Of a stretch of 64,000 bases of DNA, positions 14,121 to 28,200 are shown one piece after another. Position 1 is the first letter of the stretch, and each line of letters begins with the position of its first letter. Location of the stretch: NCBI GenBank assembly GCA_977020255.1, contig CDROCS010000137.1:62001-126000 (forward strand), written 5' to 3'. Position numbers and translations under genes: made by a program. The notes under the pieces are model-generated. The model did no database searches, was not told where the DNA came from, and saw only the letters and a program-made list of their open reading frames with translations. The stretch is from Obrimoposthia wandeli. Its lineage: Eukaryota.

Positions 14121-17100
14121 TCTTGTTGTCCAGTGAAGAAGTGGAGTAGTGATTGCATGATGAATTTATATCTTAGGAATGCTATTTAATTGGGGAGATG
14201 TGTCTCTAGAAAGAAGGAGTCAGTGATGATCGTGTTTTCTTTCATGTTGTGGCGTCCACAAAGAGTGGATGTCGCCTAATTGGCAGCTCTACACGCGGTT
14301 CCTCTGCAGACAAAACCAGGTACCAAAGAGTCGGTGGTCACTGCTTCCGGGCACACAAGAAACCAGAGAATCTTCTTCCTCCCGCCGCTCCCCGTTTCTT
14401 TCTTCTCGCGAAGCGCTCTTTTCAAATGTGACCTGAATGAATGCCCACTTGCCCAGTTTCCAACTTGATTTATTGGCATTGCGAAGAAGCTCAAATATGA
14501 GCAGAGTTGAAATATAATGCAAGCACCAATTAAATTGAGTATATAAATATATATCTAAACACTTGGAAATATTCTTTCGTATACTAACAATCTTATTGAC
14601 GCAAATTTATTTAATAACCATTTGACACCTGAAAATTGTCAGTTTTGAACCACAAAATTCAAAATAACAAAGTATTAAGAAAATCTAAAGTAACAGCTCT
14701 ATATATAAATTAAGTTCAAACTGATATGCTTAAAAATAGCAGCAGTTTAAACATAGAAAATGTTTTTGTATTAAAATTACATTATATGAAATTGTGTATT
14801 TATTAATTTTACCAATAGTAGTAGTTAAATTGTGTGATGCAAAAAATTTAGATAATCTGTCAACTTCCAATTTTTCTATTAAATACGGCAAAACAAGAGA
14901 ACAAAGAAAGTGGGGAGAATCAGAAGTGGGAAATATCATGCCTATGTATTTTGAGTGAAATTGTAGACATGGGCTTTCCGACGTCAACAAAAATCTAATA
15001 CCTTATGATCTGTTCTTGACAAACATTCCGTTCCACATTCCGTTCCATATACTGTTTGAAATACATTTAAAAAGATTGAACACTGATAAAATATATTTTA
15101 AAAAGTTTGAGTCTATGATAAATATTCATTAAGTTCAAGAGGAATCCCTCAGGAGCATCGAATAGCTGAAGAAGTGCAAGTTTGAATAGGGAAGGAGAAA
15201 GTTATATAATGTACAAATTTGTTTAAAAAATTGTTTAAGAGTTCGATTTTAGAATGACTAAATCTTTTATTTTGTAGAATCTGACTTTTAGAAATATGTC
15301 TACGAAGGAAATCAAAACTTAAAAAACAATAAATGTAAGTTTTTGCGGTTAATAATAAAACTTTGACAAAAGAAATTTTATAAAAATTGATAAATAAAAT
15401 TCTGTTGCAACACATTGTTTAAACAACAACATATTGTTTTTTTCTTCCTTAATTGTTATTTTTGATTCAGCATATTTATTTGAAAATTTTAAATTTATGT
15501 AAATTTGAGTCCAAGGTGATATTTGGGAAAGTTAAGGTTAAAATAAAATTTCCTTAGATTTTCAAACAGCTAAACACAAAATATTTCAGTTTTAAATAAG
15601 ATTTAGTCAATATAAATGTGCAGTAGTCAGAGAAAACGGCCAAATATTTTCAGAAAATAAATTCCCCAATTAAAGTACCCATCCAAACCAGAAGAACGAA
15701 GATTTGACAGATTATGTCTTTTGCAAAGATTATTGATAATCGATCCACAAATCAATCTTACACGGAAACATTTTCAGCACTTTGGTCAATCTATTTTAAA
15801 TTCAAACAATAAAATTGTTTTACTTTTATAAGAACTTTTATATAGTGTTTAGCAGCCAAACTGAATTAAGTTAACATTTATGTACTATTTTAAATATTTT
15901 ATTTATTTAGATAATTAACTTTATGACTAATATAATATAACTTTTCAATTAAAAATGTTTTTCAGATTTTTAATAAGTTCAATATAAATTGAATATTAGA
16001 AATAATTATTAAAATATTTGGAAGTTACATTTAATTTGATACTGCGTAAAAAATAATATTTTTTAAATTAGTTAAACTTAATCATGTGTTTATTAGTAAA
16101 TTAGTCAATTTTTAAAGAATGAATTCACTATAATAATTTAAATTGAATTATTTTTACAAGGGAATAATTCCAATATTAAATTGACGACTACTCTATGCTT
16201 AATATTTGCTAAAATATAGTAAAAAAGAGAAAATAATTAATTTAAAAATTCTAAAATCTTGCTGAAAGTTTGTAATATTTCAAATTATTTTCCTTTTTGA
16301 CTAATTAGATTTTAAACGAGTTAAATATAATTTAAGGTGTGACCATAAAGAAATTATTTTAAAAGTTATAATATTTGTTTAAGAAATAAATGCTACAAAA
16401 GTAATTAGAAGTTCAAAATAATTCAACATTAATAAGTAATATTACCTTTGATTTGATTTATAGGAAAAAAAAGTTAAATCTAGATGCATAACTGTGGAAA
16501 AGTATTCTTTCAAAATCAGTTTCGTTAGAAAGTTTTACAATTTAAGAGAAATATTCAGAATTAATTTGATATTTTAGTTCAAAATTTCTTGGCATTCAGA
16601 TTAGTATAGAGCGGCCAATTAATCTTACCCAATCGCTGAATATGAAGGTGTACTGAGGCTCCGTGAGATTATGCACTGACGCCTGCGTGAGAACAAACAA
16701 TTGTGTCAAAAATCCAAACCCTAATTTAACCCTGGTTACCATAAACTTTCAACCTACTATGCCCAAAAAATTTAAATTCATGCAACGTTACATTTCTTTT
16801 GCCATTTATGGAAGTTTTATCTTTTTTTAAATTTCCTAGATTAAACTTTATTTTAATGATGTACATGTTTAAATCAAGTTAAAAATAAATGTTTTAATTT
16901 AATATTTTTTGTATGCTGAGTTCCAAAACTTAATAATAAATATTTAATCATTTATAAGCCCCAAGAGCAAAACAGAATTATTCCCAGGGTACTTATAGAA
17001 ATGATTATAAGCGTTTATAATAAAAAGCATCTTTAACCTTTAACATAGCATTTCAGTTATCATTTTATGTTGTACAAAATAATGTGTATCTTATGCTATT

Positions 17101-17281
17101 TATTAGAAGTTAAACTTACGTTATACATAAATTAATTACTTATAAATAAAAGTAGCAACTATTAGAAGTAAGAAATATTTTCCGGGATTCCTCATGCTTT
17201 GGAATTGCAGTATGGAATAAAGATATGAGGATTGACGTATAAAACTGGAAAACTGGTTTGTGAAGGTGACAATCTTACTAC

Positions 17282-17393
17282 CTTGAAATGCGACTGCGTC
17301 AGATGAAGAACATCTGGGATCCCCTCAACTCGTGACTCGGTATCCAAATCACGATCTTTCATGGCAGATAAATTAGCTGCTCCATAAATTTGT
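17282..17393 (-). CDS. Probable iGluR ATD exon (QIYGAANLSAMKDRDLD...HLTQSHFK)
   Basis: YGAANLSAM resembles YxGxNxTGF; the 3' end is phase 0, compatible with the next exon. The donor (GTAGTA) is weak and the 5' boundary uncertain. Confidence 0.6.
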
Positions 17394-18478
17394 CTATTTC
17401 CATAAATGAAGTGCATACACATATTATTTTTGATTTAACATATAAAATAAAATCTAATCAAAAATCTCAATTCCAAAAATAATGAAGGTTTATATAAACA
17501 TAGATAGGCTATTAACTTAAATCATATATGGATTAGTAGGCTTTGTTTAGAATCAAAGTTGACATTTGACAGTGATCCTTGGTATAAATTTTGATGGGCA
17601 AGATCAGCAGCCATTTGTTGTTTTTTTCAATGTATTGGGAGACGACATTAAGCGGTTAATAGTGTAGATATTATCACAATAAGATGGTCGATCTGAATAT
17701 GGGAATCGTCAAAGAACAGACGCGGAAGGAGAGGGGGTGTACTGGCATTTGTTAGGAGTACCATGCTTGTTTCAATTTACTGGCGAATATTTTATGGAAC
17801 CGATTATTTACTCCAGTCATTTATTTAACGACTCGAGGTTAATGCAGTGAATGGGTTAGGTGAAAAAGGAGACGATATTGTGAATTAGTAACTTCTGAAA
17901 GAGAAACTTAAACATTTTGAACCATGGACAAACCATACACACAAACGCGGAGTTGTCCCATCAATCTCGGTGTCGACTTGCGCCCCCAATTGCTCGGGCC
18001 TCGCTGCCTCCATTGTAGAGCAATAGCGATCAATAGCAGAATGTTTCTCCCCAACATTCATTGTGTAACCTCAATAGATCTACGATTTAGCGAGAATTGA
18101 TTTTTGCTCTTGTGTAAAAGCATTTCGGTGATTAACTTGGTGGTGGGATTTCTTTTGTAACATTCATTTTCTTGCTGTTACATCCTTGCTAGCTGCAACT
18201 GGGCTGTTGTGCTGAATCAGAAGGCAGGGAGCAGCAAATGGATGTCCAAAACTCGTTTGTGAACTGTAGGTGAGCACCTTTTCCCCCTAATGGAAGCTAT
18301 CATTGACACAAGAGGAGACTGAATGAAGAAGCATTTTGAAATAAATTTGAGATTTGATTTTTTGCTGGTGTCAACTGCACGAAAATAGAATACTAATATT
18401 TGCTTGTACTCGCCCGATTTTCATTACATCTCTACGCGATTTGGACAGTGTTGCAGTTTCGACATAAACTACACTCAC

Positions 18479-18567
18479 TTTTTTTCCAATTGTTGAAAGA
18501 TCCAATTCCCCACTCTTCGCAAAAACCAAACAATTTCCAATAAAGAACTTCGTCCACCAAAACCTTT
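18479..18567 (-). CDS. Candidate linking iGluR exon
   Basis: CAG...GTGAGT, 89 bp, phase 0/2, which exactly bridges the 18737 and 17393 exons with the expected length. The peptide does not resemble the usual AxxMGMxTxYYHY motif. Confidence 0.25.
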
Positions 18568-18736
18568 CTGGACAAACATGACTTATTTATAAAGAAAAAT
18601 AATTTAAAAATATGGGAAAGTAAAATAAAGATTAAACAATTGCGACCCATGCAGAAACCACATCTCATAGCCAATATTTTCTTCCCAATCCTCGTTCCCT
18701 GGACCACTACATTAGTGACCCTAAACATGCACTCAC

Positions 18737-18915
18737 CATGATGAGAAAGTCAGTGACCTGCCAATAGGGAATGTCAACCAGGACGTGGTGGTGATTCTTA
18801 GTCTTGCTAAGCTCCCTCATCAGCTCCTTGTTGTTGGCCAAGTCATGATGCTTCCAGCGCCGCATCTTCAGCTTGAACTCGATCTGATTCACGAGATTCT
18901 CGAACTTCAGGATCG
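18737..18915 (-). CDS. iGluR ATD exon (TILKFENLVNQ...HVLVDIPYWQVTDFLIM)
   Basis: CAG acceptor, GTGAGT donor, 179 bp, phase 1/0; in phase with the 20482 exon. Confidence 0.85.
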
Positions 18916-18954
18916 CTGTAATAACAGTATACAATCAGATGCACAATATACTCC

Positions 18955-20290
18955 ATTTCTTTCCATCTCTCTCCATCTCCCTCCATCTCCCTCCATCTCC
19001 CTCTGTCTCCCTCCATCCCCATCCATCTCCTTCCATCTTCCTCCATTCCTTCATCCATCTCCCTCCATCTCCCTCCATCTCCTTCCATCTCCCTCCATTC
19101 CTTCATCCATCTCCCTCCATCTCCCTCCATCTCCCTCCATCTCCCTCCATCTTCATCCATGTCCCTCCATCTCCCTCCATCTCCCTCCATCTCCCTCCAT
19201 CTCCCTCCATCTTCATCCATCTCCCTCCATCTCCCTCCATCTTCATCCATCTCCCTCCATCTTCATCCATGTCCCTCTGTCTCCCTCCATCTTCCTCCAT
19301 CTCCCTCCATCTCCCTCCATCTCCCTCTGTCTCCCTCCATCCCCATCCATCTCCTTCCATCTTCCTCCATTCCTTCATCCATCTCCCTCCATCTCCCTCC
19401 ATCTCCTTCCATCTCCTTCCATCTCCCTCCATCTCCCTCCATCTCTCTCCATCTCCCTCCATCTCCCTCCATCTCCCTCTGTCTCCCTCCATCCCCATCC
19501 ATCTCCTTCCATCTTCCTCCATTCCTTCATCCATCTCCCTCCATCTCCCTCCATCTCCTTCCATCTCCCTCCATTCCTTCATCCATCTCCCTCCATCTCC
19601 CTCCATCTCCCTCTATCTCCCTCCATCTTCCTCTACCTTCCTCTATCTTCCTCCATCTCCCTATATCTCCCTCCATCTCCCTCAATCTCCTTCTACCTTC
19701 CTCTATCTCCCTCCATCTTCCTCCATCTCTCTCTATCTCCTTCCATATCCCTCTATCTCCCTCTACCTTCCTCTATCTTCCTCCATCTCCCTCCATCTCC
19801 CTCCATCTCCCTCCATCTTCATCCATCTCCCTCCATCTCCCTCCATCTTCATCCATCTCCCTCCATCTTCATCCATGTCCCTCTGTNNNNNNNNNNNNNN
19901 NNNNNNNNNNNNNNNNNNNNNNNNNNNNNNNNNNNNNNNNNNNNNNNNNNNNNNNNNNNNNNNNNNNNNNNNNNNNNNNNNNNNNNNNNNNNNNNNNNNN
20001 NNNNNNNNNNNNNNNNNNNNNNNNNNNNNNNNNNNNNNNNNNNNNNNNNNNNNNNNNNNNNNNNNNNNNNNNNNNNNNNNNNNNNNNNNNNNNNNNNNNN
20101 NNNNNNNNNNNNNNNNNNNNNNNNNNNNNNNNNNNNNNNNNNNNNNNNNNNNNNNNNNNNNNNNNNNNNNNNNNNNNNNNNNNNNNNNNNNNNNNNNNNN
20201 NNNNNNNNNNNNNNNNNNNNNNNNNNNNNNNNNNNNNNNNNNNNNNNNNNNNNNNNNNNNNNNNNNNNNNNNNNNNNNCCCTCCATCTTT
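18955..20290. repeat. CT-rich minisatellite (unit CTCCCTCCAT) interrupted by an assembly gap
   Basis: Reverse complement of the array at 1-162; repeat sequence flanks the N run on both sides. Confidence 0.9.
19887..20278. other. Assembly gap (~390 N)
   Basis: Run of N. Confidence 0.98.
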
Positions 20291-20481
20291 CTTGTTAATG
20301 ATTATTGGCTATTTAAAATTTGTACGAGCAAGAGCTACTTATTTTTTAATTTGTAAACCTATTAATATTATTTTGTGGTCAAATATTTCACAAAATTCTC
20401 TCAAAATAACATTTCTTGGATAATTCAGTAAAATGACATTAGGGGCTCGGTCTGGCTGCTGTGTCGTAATCAGTGACTCAC

Positions 20482-20745
20482 TGTCTTCGTTGGAGTGCAC
20501 GATCACCATGTTGCTCCACGACTCGACCTTGGTCACATAGTGGAGAATGACTCTGGCGAACGAGTCGCAGTCGGGATGCATCCGCACGTCCATAGGGTAG
20601 GCCTGCACAGAATCCGGGAACCGACAACGGGTCACCAGATGCGGCACGTGGAACCGCGCGGCCAGCGATGAGATGTGCCGCGAGGGGGCTCCCTCCAACC
20701 CCGGGGCCAGCAGCGCGATGAGCCCGTGGCGAAGCAAGTTACAGC
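20482..20745 (-). CDS. iGluR ATD exon (CNLLRHGLIALLAPG...HVPHL...SWSNMVIVHSNED)
   Basis: CAG acceptor, GTGAGT donor, 264 bp, phase 1/1; matches CxLLxxGVxAIFGP...IPHI...W of the iGluR ATD. Confidence 0.9.
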
Positions 20746-22527
20746 CTGGACAGTCAGACAGTCACACAGTCACAGATGAATTGTCTGAGACAACAGAGTG
20801 AGTGATGACCGTATCGATTGAATTCACAGCCATAACAGATATCACAGAGCACGATCTGCAGTCTGAGTTAGAAGAGCCAAAGTTTTCTGTCACCAACGTC
20901 AGGAATTCATCCCGAGGAGACCCTCTTTCACCAAAGACAGCTGCTGCAGTGCCACGTGCTTATGCGAGATGTCATACCCCAAGAAGTTGACCCACATCTC
21001 TTTTCCCGTCCCAGGTGGCTATGGCCGACGACGTTTTCAACCAGACCAAGACAGGAAGAAGGAGTTAAACAGCTCATATCACGACAATGGTTATTTACCA
21101 GGGCTGCTGCTGCTGTATGAGTCTTTCCATACTTACTTTCATAATAAATCCAATGTTCCCATGATTTCAATATTAAAATTTTAATCCTCTCCTAAAACAA
21201 CATAATTCTCTTTAAATTTATAGAACTGCACTGTTTTGTTAATTTCTAGATTTAAAATCTCATTCGAAGGATACGTTAATCTGTAATATAACTCATTTGA
21301 ATTGACGAAGCCAAAAGCCAAGAAATTGGAAATAAAAGCGTGCCAGCCGCAAAGTCAATTAGTGGAACTGCAACAAGTGGACTTTCGTAAACATTTGCCC
21401 TTCGGCATTCTCCCTTGTCCCAACAGCAAAAACTGTTCTCACTGCTGGGTGCGCAGTTGTGGATTTTCGAATTTAAATCACCACCAACTGTGCATGCTCC
21501 CCTCCCCGGGATCGAGAGGGCTGCTGCCGACAGGAAGAACCTCGAATTCGATTAGGCCACATCCGCTGTGATGCGCCGTGCTCAGCTGACCTTTGACCTT
21601 GATGTTTGGCCTCATGTGTGTTAGTCCTCTCGGTACAGTCGACAGAAGACACTAACTGGCTTCTGACCTCGGTGCCCACTCCCCAAGCAAACAGACTAGA
21701 TCGGGTGCAAATGGACCTTTCTGCGACTGCGAGATTGTACTGGACTGCACCGGAATATTGATTAGCAGTGATTTTGTCTGCAGCAGTCGAGCTAAGTCTG
21801 GACCTGCTGACAATCTCCATGTGTCTCATTGGCCAATGTTTTAGTCTGTGCCTCGGTTGACTGTGCCAAACTGCGAGCGAAAGCAACAGAGACTGTGTGT
21901 GTTGCCCTTGCCCGGAGAGTGAATCATTTCTGCCACGATACACTGCCTCAGGCACTTGTTCCCACTCCTTGCCGCCAACAACGGGTGCACACAAACACAG
22001 AGAGACTTATGCCCCGTTCCCATTGAACCCGATGACTGCGTTTTGTCGTGGAGCACTTTCTCGAGTCGCTACAAATCGACAGCGACTGAAGAAACCCAGA
22101 AATTAAAATTACTGGCATAATAGTTCCTCTCGTTTGCAATCTTCATTTCCATAACCACTTCAGTAACTTTAAACTTTCGGCCTTTTGCTTTTCTACTTAA
22201 TTTTTTGCCTTTATGCATAATGGCTTGTTCTCCAGCCAGTTAAATATTTTGCTTATCAATTAGACAAGAAATAACAGACTACCTGATAGTGTTCAAACAA
22301 TTAATAGTAAATGACAGCCATTAATAGTATTTTATCAGTGTTCCTCTCAACTAAAAACCACAGATTGATTTGAAATCTACAAGAAAATTCTAATTTTCGA
22401 AAACTTGATGTAAGTGTGAAATCAAACTTACATTTATATTTAAACTTATTTCATTGCAATTAATTTATGCAAACCTGAATAAATATAACATTAATTTAAA
22501 GAAATTTTAACCATTTGGATTGCAACA

Positions 22528-22652
22528 ACTGTAGGTCAAAATTTACCGAATTATTCGGAAATAAAAGCTGAGCGATTTAAAAAATTTCTTAGAGAAAATA
22601 TGATGCATTTATGAAAATTGGTAATATGGATGAAGTTTCAGTTAATTTTGAC
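22528..22652 (+). pseudogene. pogo/Tigger-like DDE transposase fragment
   Basis: TVGQNLP...(frameshift)...KIGNMDEVSVNFD resembles the pogo motif QKLP...IGNMDETPxxFD. Confidence 0.55.
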
Positions 22653-23322
22653 AACTCTGGAGACGATTTTATTGGCTTCTAATAAATATTTGAGTTTTAT
22701 TCATGATTTGATCTTATTATAATATTTACATATGTCAGATAATGATTTTGTTTGCAAAAATGAACTTACAAGTTATGTAGTGAAATAGAGATAACTAAAA
22801 AGTATATAGGTTACATTTCAGGACGTGTGTTTTAAGTTATAATATTTACTATACATTATTCAAGATAATTCTTTATTAATAAAAAATATAAAACATACGT
22901 TCTAAATTGTAAACTTTAACTTTTTAATCATCGCTAATATTTTTTTTGTAATTTTTATTTTATATTGTATTAAAATTTAATATTGTATTAAAATTTAATA
23001 CAATATAAAAAAAATGAAAAAATGAATCATTTGATTATATAATATATTTAAACATGGCTACAATAATTCAATATAGTACAATATTAAAATTCCAATGTAC
23101 TAGAGAATAAAAACACTTTTTAATGTAAGAGCCGAGGGTTATTTACTGGATAATGCGGTAGTTTCTAATTTAGATGGGTTGCATTTTAAATTAATCTGCG
23201 ATTAGTATCGAGAGACTGTTGATGAAAGCGTATTTGAAAGCAACGATGATGACTGCAGATGACTTAAGAAATCCTCAGATAACAAAAAAAGTGATGAAAT
23301 ATTTGAAATTTATACTTTGAAT

Positions 23323-23415
23323 CTTTACAACAATTTACCGATGGATATGAGAAACTGTGACGGTTATGAAATATTCAAGAAGCAGCTAAAAACTTTGCTG
23401 TTCAGAAAATATTAG
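23323..23415 (+). mobile_element. LINE (CR1/L2-like) ORF2 3'-end fragment
   Basis: LYNNLPMDMRNCDGYEIFKKQLKTLLFRKY* resembles the WNxLP...FKxxLKTxLF C-terminus. Confidence 0.6.
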
Positions 23416-24776
23416 GATCAATACTGGAAAACCGGAAGAGGGGTGAGTAATAAATCTAAGATTCATCAGATATTGGTGTTATATTAAATATGTTATTTTT
23501 GTTATTATTGTTAGAAAATATATTACAACGGTTTCTAGGAGCTCGCAGGAGTTCTCTGATTTCACAGCACCTTCATACAGGTGGTGAATGATTTCATGTT
23601 GTGAGAATTCATTCCCCACACTACAACTGCGGGAAACTTAAACGATATGAACTTTCTTCTGAGTAAACTGTTTAGTGTATATTGACCTGATCATTCATTG
23701 ACCGGATCGCTCGTCACTAGAAACGGAACTGGCTACAAGCATTTTTTTAACAATTACATTATATGGTAGTTATCCGGCAACACGCAGAACCCACCTTGTC
23801 CCTCGCCCGATACGAGTCATCTTTAAACCTCTACACATTCCCCAAAATATATAGTTTATCTATTTAGTAACAATGTATTCTTATTTCTCGAATGGTCATG
23901 GATACCCCATCCGGGTGTCGGGATACTGCTGGAAAACGTCCCTGGCAAAATTTATTTTGTCCAAATTTTAACTTTTAAAACAAATTCGGTGATTATTGTT
24001 GAATTTTTTAATGCAAAATTTTATGGAAACCATTGGTTTTTGGAGAGTCATAATCGCTGCAAATCGGTCTGCATTAACGAACCATTATCTCCACCAACGT
24101 TTTGATACATATTTTGTAGATTTGGTTAAAGGCAACAACTTATTATATTGAGACAGCATTCTTCCTGTCAAGATATGCCATTTTGGAAATGGATGGTTCA
24201 AATGGATTCTTATGATACAGACGGAGTTTTTTGAAATAGTTTGTAAAACAAAATAAAAGAAAAGGTATTCCAAGTTCTCTTGAAGGCGGCCTTATCAACT
24301 GAGCTTATTCTCGAGTAGAAAGTCCATGTATAGTAGTGTAAAGTGTGGTTTATCGAACGCTAGAACAGCACCCTCCATAGATGGTCTACAATAGATGGTG
24401 TTGTACACATAGAAGGACCAGATCATTGCATCACTGGATCTCTCCACCTCCGTTAGCCAAGCCCGGACCAGCCACAAATCAAAGACTGGTCTGTGCTTGG
24501 ATCAGAAAAGGTTGTGATGTTCCAAAGTTTGACGAAGTACACTTTGCACTACTTATATATACATGAAAAAATAAAAAATTATTTGTCTGAAAAATATTTC
24601 AGCTCATTCAAGTGACAAGAAAAATATTTGTTATAAAAAAGAACAAGCCACTGTTGAATGGGAAGGTTCTGTTGTAAGAATTTAGAAATTATCAGGCGTT
24701 TATTATCATCCCAATTTTCAGATCTATCCCAATTCTGTAAATCGACAATTTTAGACAAACTGTCTTTAACTTTAAC

Positions 24777-24929
24777 CTTTGCGAATGACGTAGAAGCTCT
24801 TGTTATCATCCACTATTTCGGTGCGCACTTGCAGTCGGTATTTGGATTCCTCAAGGTCAGTATTCGCCATCTCCACGGCGAGACTGATGACCTTCCGAGT
24901 CACGTCATCGTTCTTGTTGAGCACGAGGC
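24777..24929 (-). CDS. iGluR exon 2 (GLVLNKNDDVTRKVISLAVEMANTDL...DDNKSFYVIRK)
   Basis: CAG acceptor, GT donor, 153 bp, phase 1/1; joins exon 1 (..LNIG) and the 20745 exon in frame. Confidence 0.85.
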
Positions 24930-25122
24930 CTGCACAGATTCAGAAAATATCAATAATTTGTTTCTCTTTTTATTTTACCTAATAAATAAAAAATGAAATA
25001 AAAAAAATCATATGAAAAGTTATCCATTATTTATTACTGTGAAAAATGTGTATATTTATTGAGATAATTTAATAAAGAAACAGAAGATTTTAAAAAAACA
25101 TCAAGAATAAAGGTAGATTGAT

Positions 25123-25215
25123 AGAGATGGAGGGAGATGGAGGAAGATGGAGCAAGATGGACGGATATGGAGGGATATAGGAAGGAAGATTGAGAGAGAT
25201 GAAGAAAATTGAGAG
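25123..25215. repeat. Short degenerate copy of the ATGGAGGGAG minisatellite
   Basis: Direct inspection. Confidence 0.7.
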
Positions 25216-28200
25216 ATTTGAATTTGTCATATAAGGAAGATATGTAACAAAATATGATAAAAACGCTCATTCCTCTGCTGAAATGAGTGGGGAAATGTGG
25301 AGCCCATAAATCGCTGTCACGGAACTTGTTGTTGACCACCCTGCTTAATGCCCTAAATTGAAGCTATTGCTCCTGGCAATAGAATTATTGTCTTCTCGGT
25401 CTGTGGCTCTCTGGGGAGCATGGCCGAAACGACAGGCAACCGTATGTATCGTGGTGTGCGTGTGTCAGAGGCCTGGTAGACTGGCAATGCCAAAAAGCTC
25501 CGCTCTCTCCTCGTTGAATAACGACGTAGAAAACACTGACAGTCTGAGACTGAGCCTGCTCATCGCGAAACAGCAATGTACCCATCCATCCACAGCTCAT
25601 GGCGGTTTAGAGAACCGCCGATGCTTTGGGAAGACAAATTCTAAACATTTGACAAATGATTTGTATCATTCCTCAAATTTCTGATTCGCGGTACATAAAT
25701 TTTAATACGCAGTGAACGTTTGAATTGTCGAAAATTTTATTTGCAACTACCACAGCGGTCTCATTTTATATATTTAAGTTAAATTTGTTTTGAATCGTTA
25801 CTTTTATAAGTAAATGTTACAGAATATCTTTCCAGTTAATTGCACTACAAACATGTGATAAAAATTTACGGCAGGAATAAATAGGAAAATATTTGTGACA
25901 TTCAATAGGGAATGTGAAGGAATAGTAAATAATTCGATCACACAGTGATGGCCATCAATCATAACGAATGTATCAATAGTAACAATTATGAGAGGCCGTC
26001 AATACACAGCGGAGCAAATAAGCCCACCAAATTAGACAGTATTAAATATTAATGTAGGCTCATTGTAATGGAAACATTTGATGATGATAATTGCTCTTTC
26101 TCTACACCCCTTTGTATTTTCTGTTTGCCAGTCACACTGACAAGACAGTCGTCTTTGCCCAACATCTATTCATCATATTGCCTCAACTCTCCAGATAATA
26201 TCAGCTTCCAATTGAATAAATCATTCGTTATTAACTCAACAAAAACAGGAGCACAATGACGATAACAGAGATATAGATATATCTGATAACAACACTGCTA
26301 CTGCTACTTCTGCTGCTGCTGGCCAGACCAAGCCGCTCATAATCTGCCATTCACGATCATCCATCCACGCGGTCGATCCAGTTTCCCATCAGAAACGGCA
26401 CAAAGAAGGCCTCGATGCGATAATACCACTCATCAATGCAAATTAGGCGCTTGTACTGACTCTAGAGCATTATTAACTGATCTGTTGATCACATTACACT
26501 GCTTTTCCAGGACATCTGATATCGTAAATAGCGACATTTTATTTTCTGAGATGAAAATAATTGTATGTAGATCATTCAAATATCATTTATAAATATGTTT
26601 TTTTTTAATTCTTGTGACTGATAGTTTTATTTGAAAGTAAATTTTAAAGTAAATTATAATAAAATTATATTTTAAGATACATTTTCATAATAATTTCCAT
26701 TTATAACATTGATGTAATCTTGTAAAATAAATTTTCAATTTTTCCACCAGAAATGGAAAGTGATAGTCGGCAGATATTTGCCCTTAAGTCGTCATTTAGT
26801 CTGCTAAGAGATGAGGAGATCAATTATCAAGCTTGTAGGGACAATTACGCAGAGTAAATGAACCTGTTGCTGTTTGTGAGGAGGAGATTACGCTCCACGT
26901 AGAGAGAGAGAGAGAGAGTCAATTAAAATATCCAATACTCTCCCGGGAGAGCGCTCGAAAGTCTGGTGTGGTTTAATGTGAGTCCCGGAATGAACTGTGG
27001 TAGCAGTCCTCCCAGTGGTCTAATTGCGTCCCTCTGGCTGCTGCTCAGAGCGTCTCATCACAAGACACGCTGTCACCACCTGCTACACACTGATGAATGC
27101 TCGATTGTGCTTGGCTAGGTCGATGGGGAATTCCCTCGGCTTCGTTGTTTGATGTGGGAACATTAGTTTTAAATCTTGAAACATTTTGTATCACATTTAT
27201 AAATACTTAAATCGATGTCATCCACTTAATGTTCTTTAGAGTTCAACATTCGATCGTAATTTGCAATTACATTAAAATATGCTTCAAATAGTTCATGCCC
27301 AAAAATATAACGAAGAATAAAATCCAACGACATAAAGATTTATTCATTCTCAGAACGAATGAAAGAGTTCCCATTTGAGCCTACACATCTTATATATCAC
27401 TGGGAGATATTTGATGGTGACTTGTTGACTTGCTTTCAAACCAGCATTTAATTGGAGAAAGTAAAATACCCCTGCAGCGTATAATGCTGGCACATCGACG
27501 AGATCCAGGACCCATTTCCCCTAAGTTAAAGTAACAAATCAATCAATTTTGATGTTAGGAACGTTACTCCATCGCACTTTATCTGCACTCTATCGATCTA
27601 CCATGAGCGTTTGAGCTTCGTGAGATCGACAAGAGTTTTGCGAAGTTATTTATCGGAAAAGCCATATAAAGCGAGCCTTGAAAATAAAATAAAAAATTGA
27701 ATAAAAGAGTGGAAAATCTTGAAAATCAGGTTTGAACCATGGGCAGAAAATTTAAGAATCGTTTGCGACATTGAATCCCCAATCATCAAAAATCACAGCG
27801 GATAGTTTTACAATTATTAATAGAGACAGATTGGTGCTTGGAGAATTCAAGAAATTAATTAATTTTTCTCCCATCTCTAATTCTAATTTATCGAAATGGA
27901 TGGAACCGATATATTAAATTTCTTTGTTCAGGGCATTTAATTATTTTCTGTCGGTTATCCGTAGCGTGGAGAAATTGGAGATATTGGCCTTCTACAATCA
28001 AATAAAACGTAACAAAACAATCCGTCTTTCAGGCAGAATGAGGGAAAAATTAATTTGTAAAATTAAAAACGAAAGTCATAAAATACAAATTTTTCAGATG
28101 TGTTTCTAAATTCTAATTTTGATTGTTAAAACTACAATTTCACCCTTTGTATACCTTTACATTTGGTTATATCTTTTTTATTGCTTAAGATCAAATAACA

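Noticed and set aside
13065-14189. ORFs up to 350 aa (STHSYASVSL, HMHLCHSP, YECVESDTDA repeats)
   Set aside because: Artefacts of the stop-poor 30-bp tandem repeat.
18785-20423. Pro/Ser/His-rich ORFs of 380-523 aa
   Set aside because: They read through the CT-rich repeat and the N gap, antisense to an iGluR exon.
21300-22140. GC-richer island with several ORFs (up to 173 aa)
   Set aside because: No family motif or convincing splice pattern; exons 24777 and 20745 join without it.
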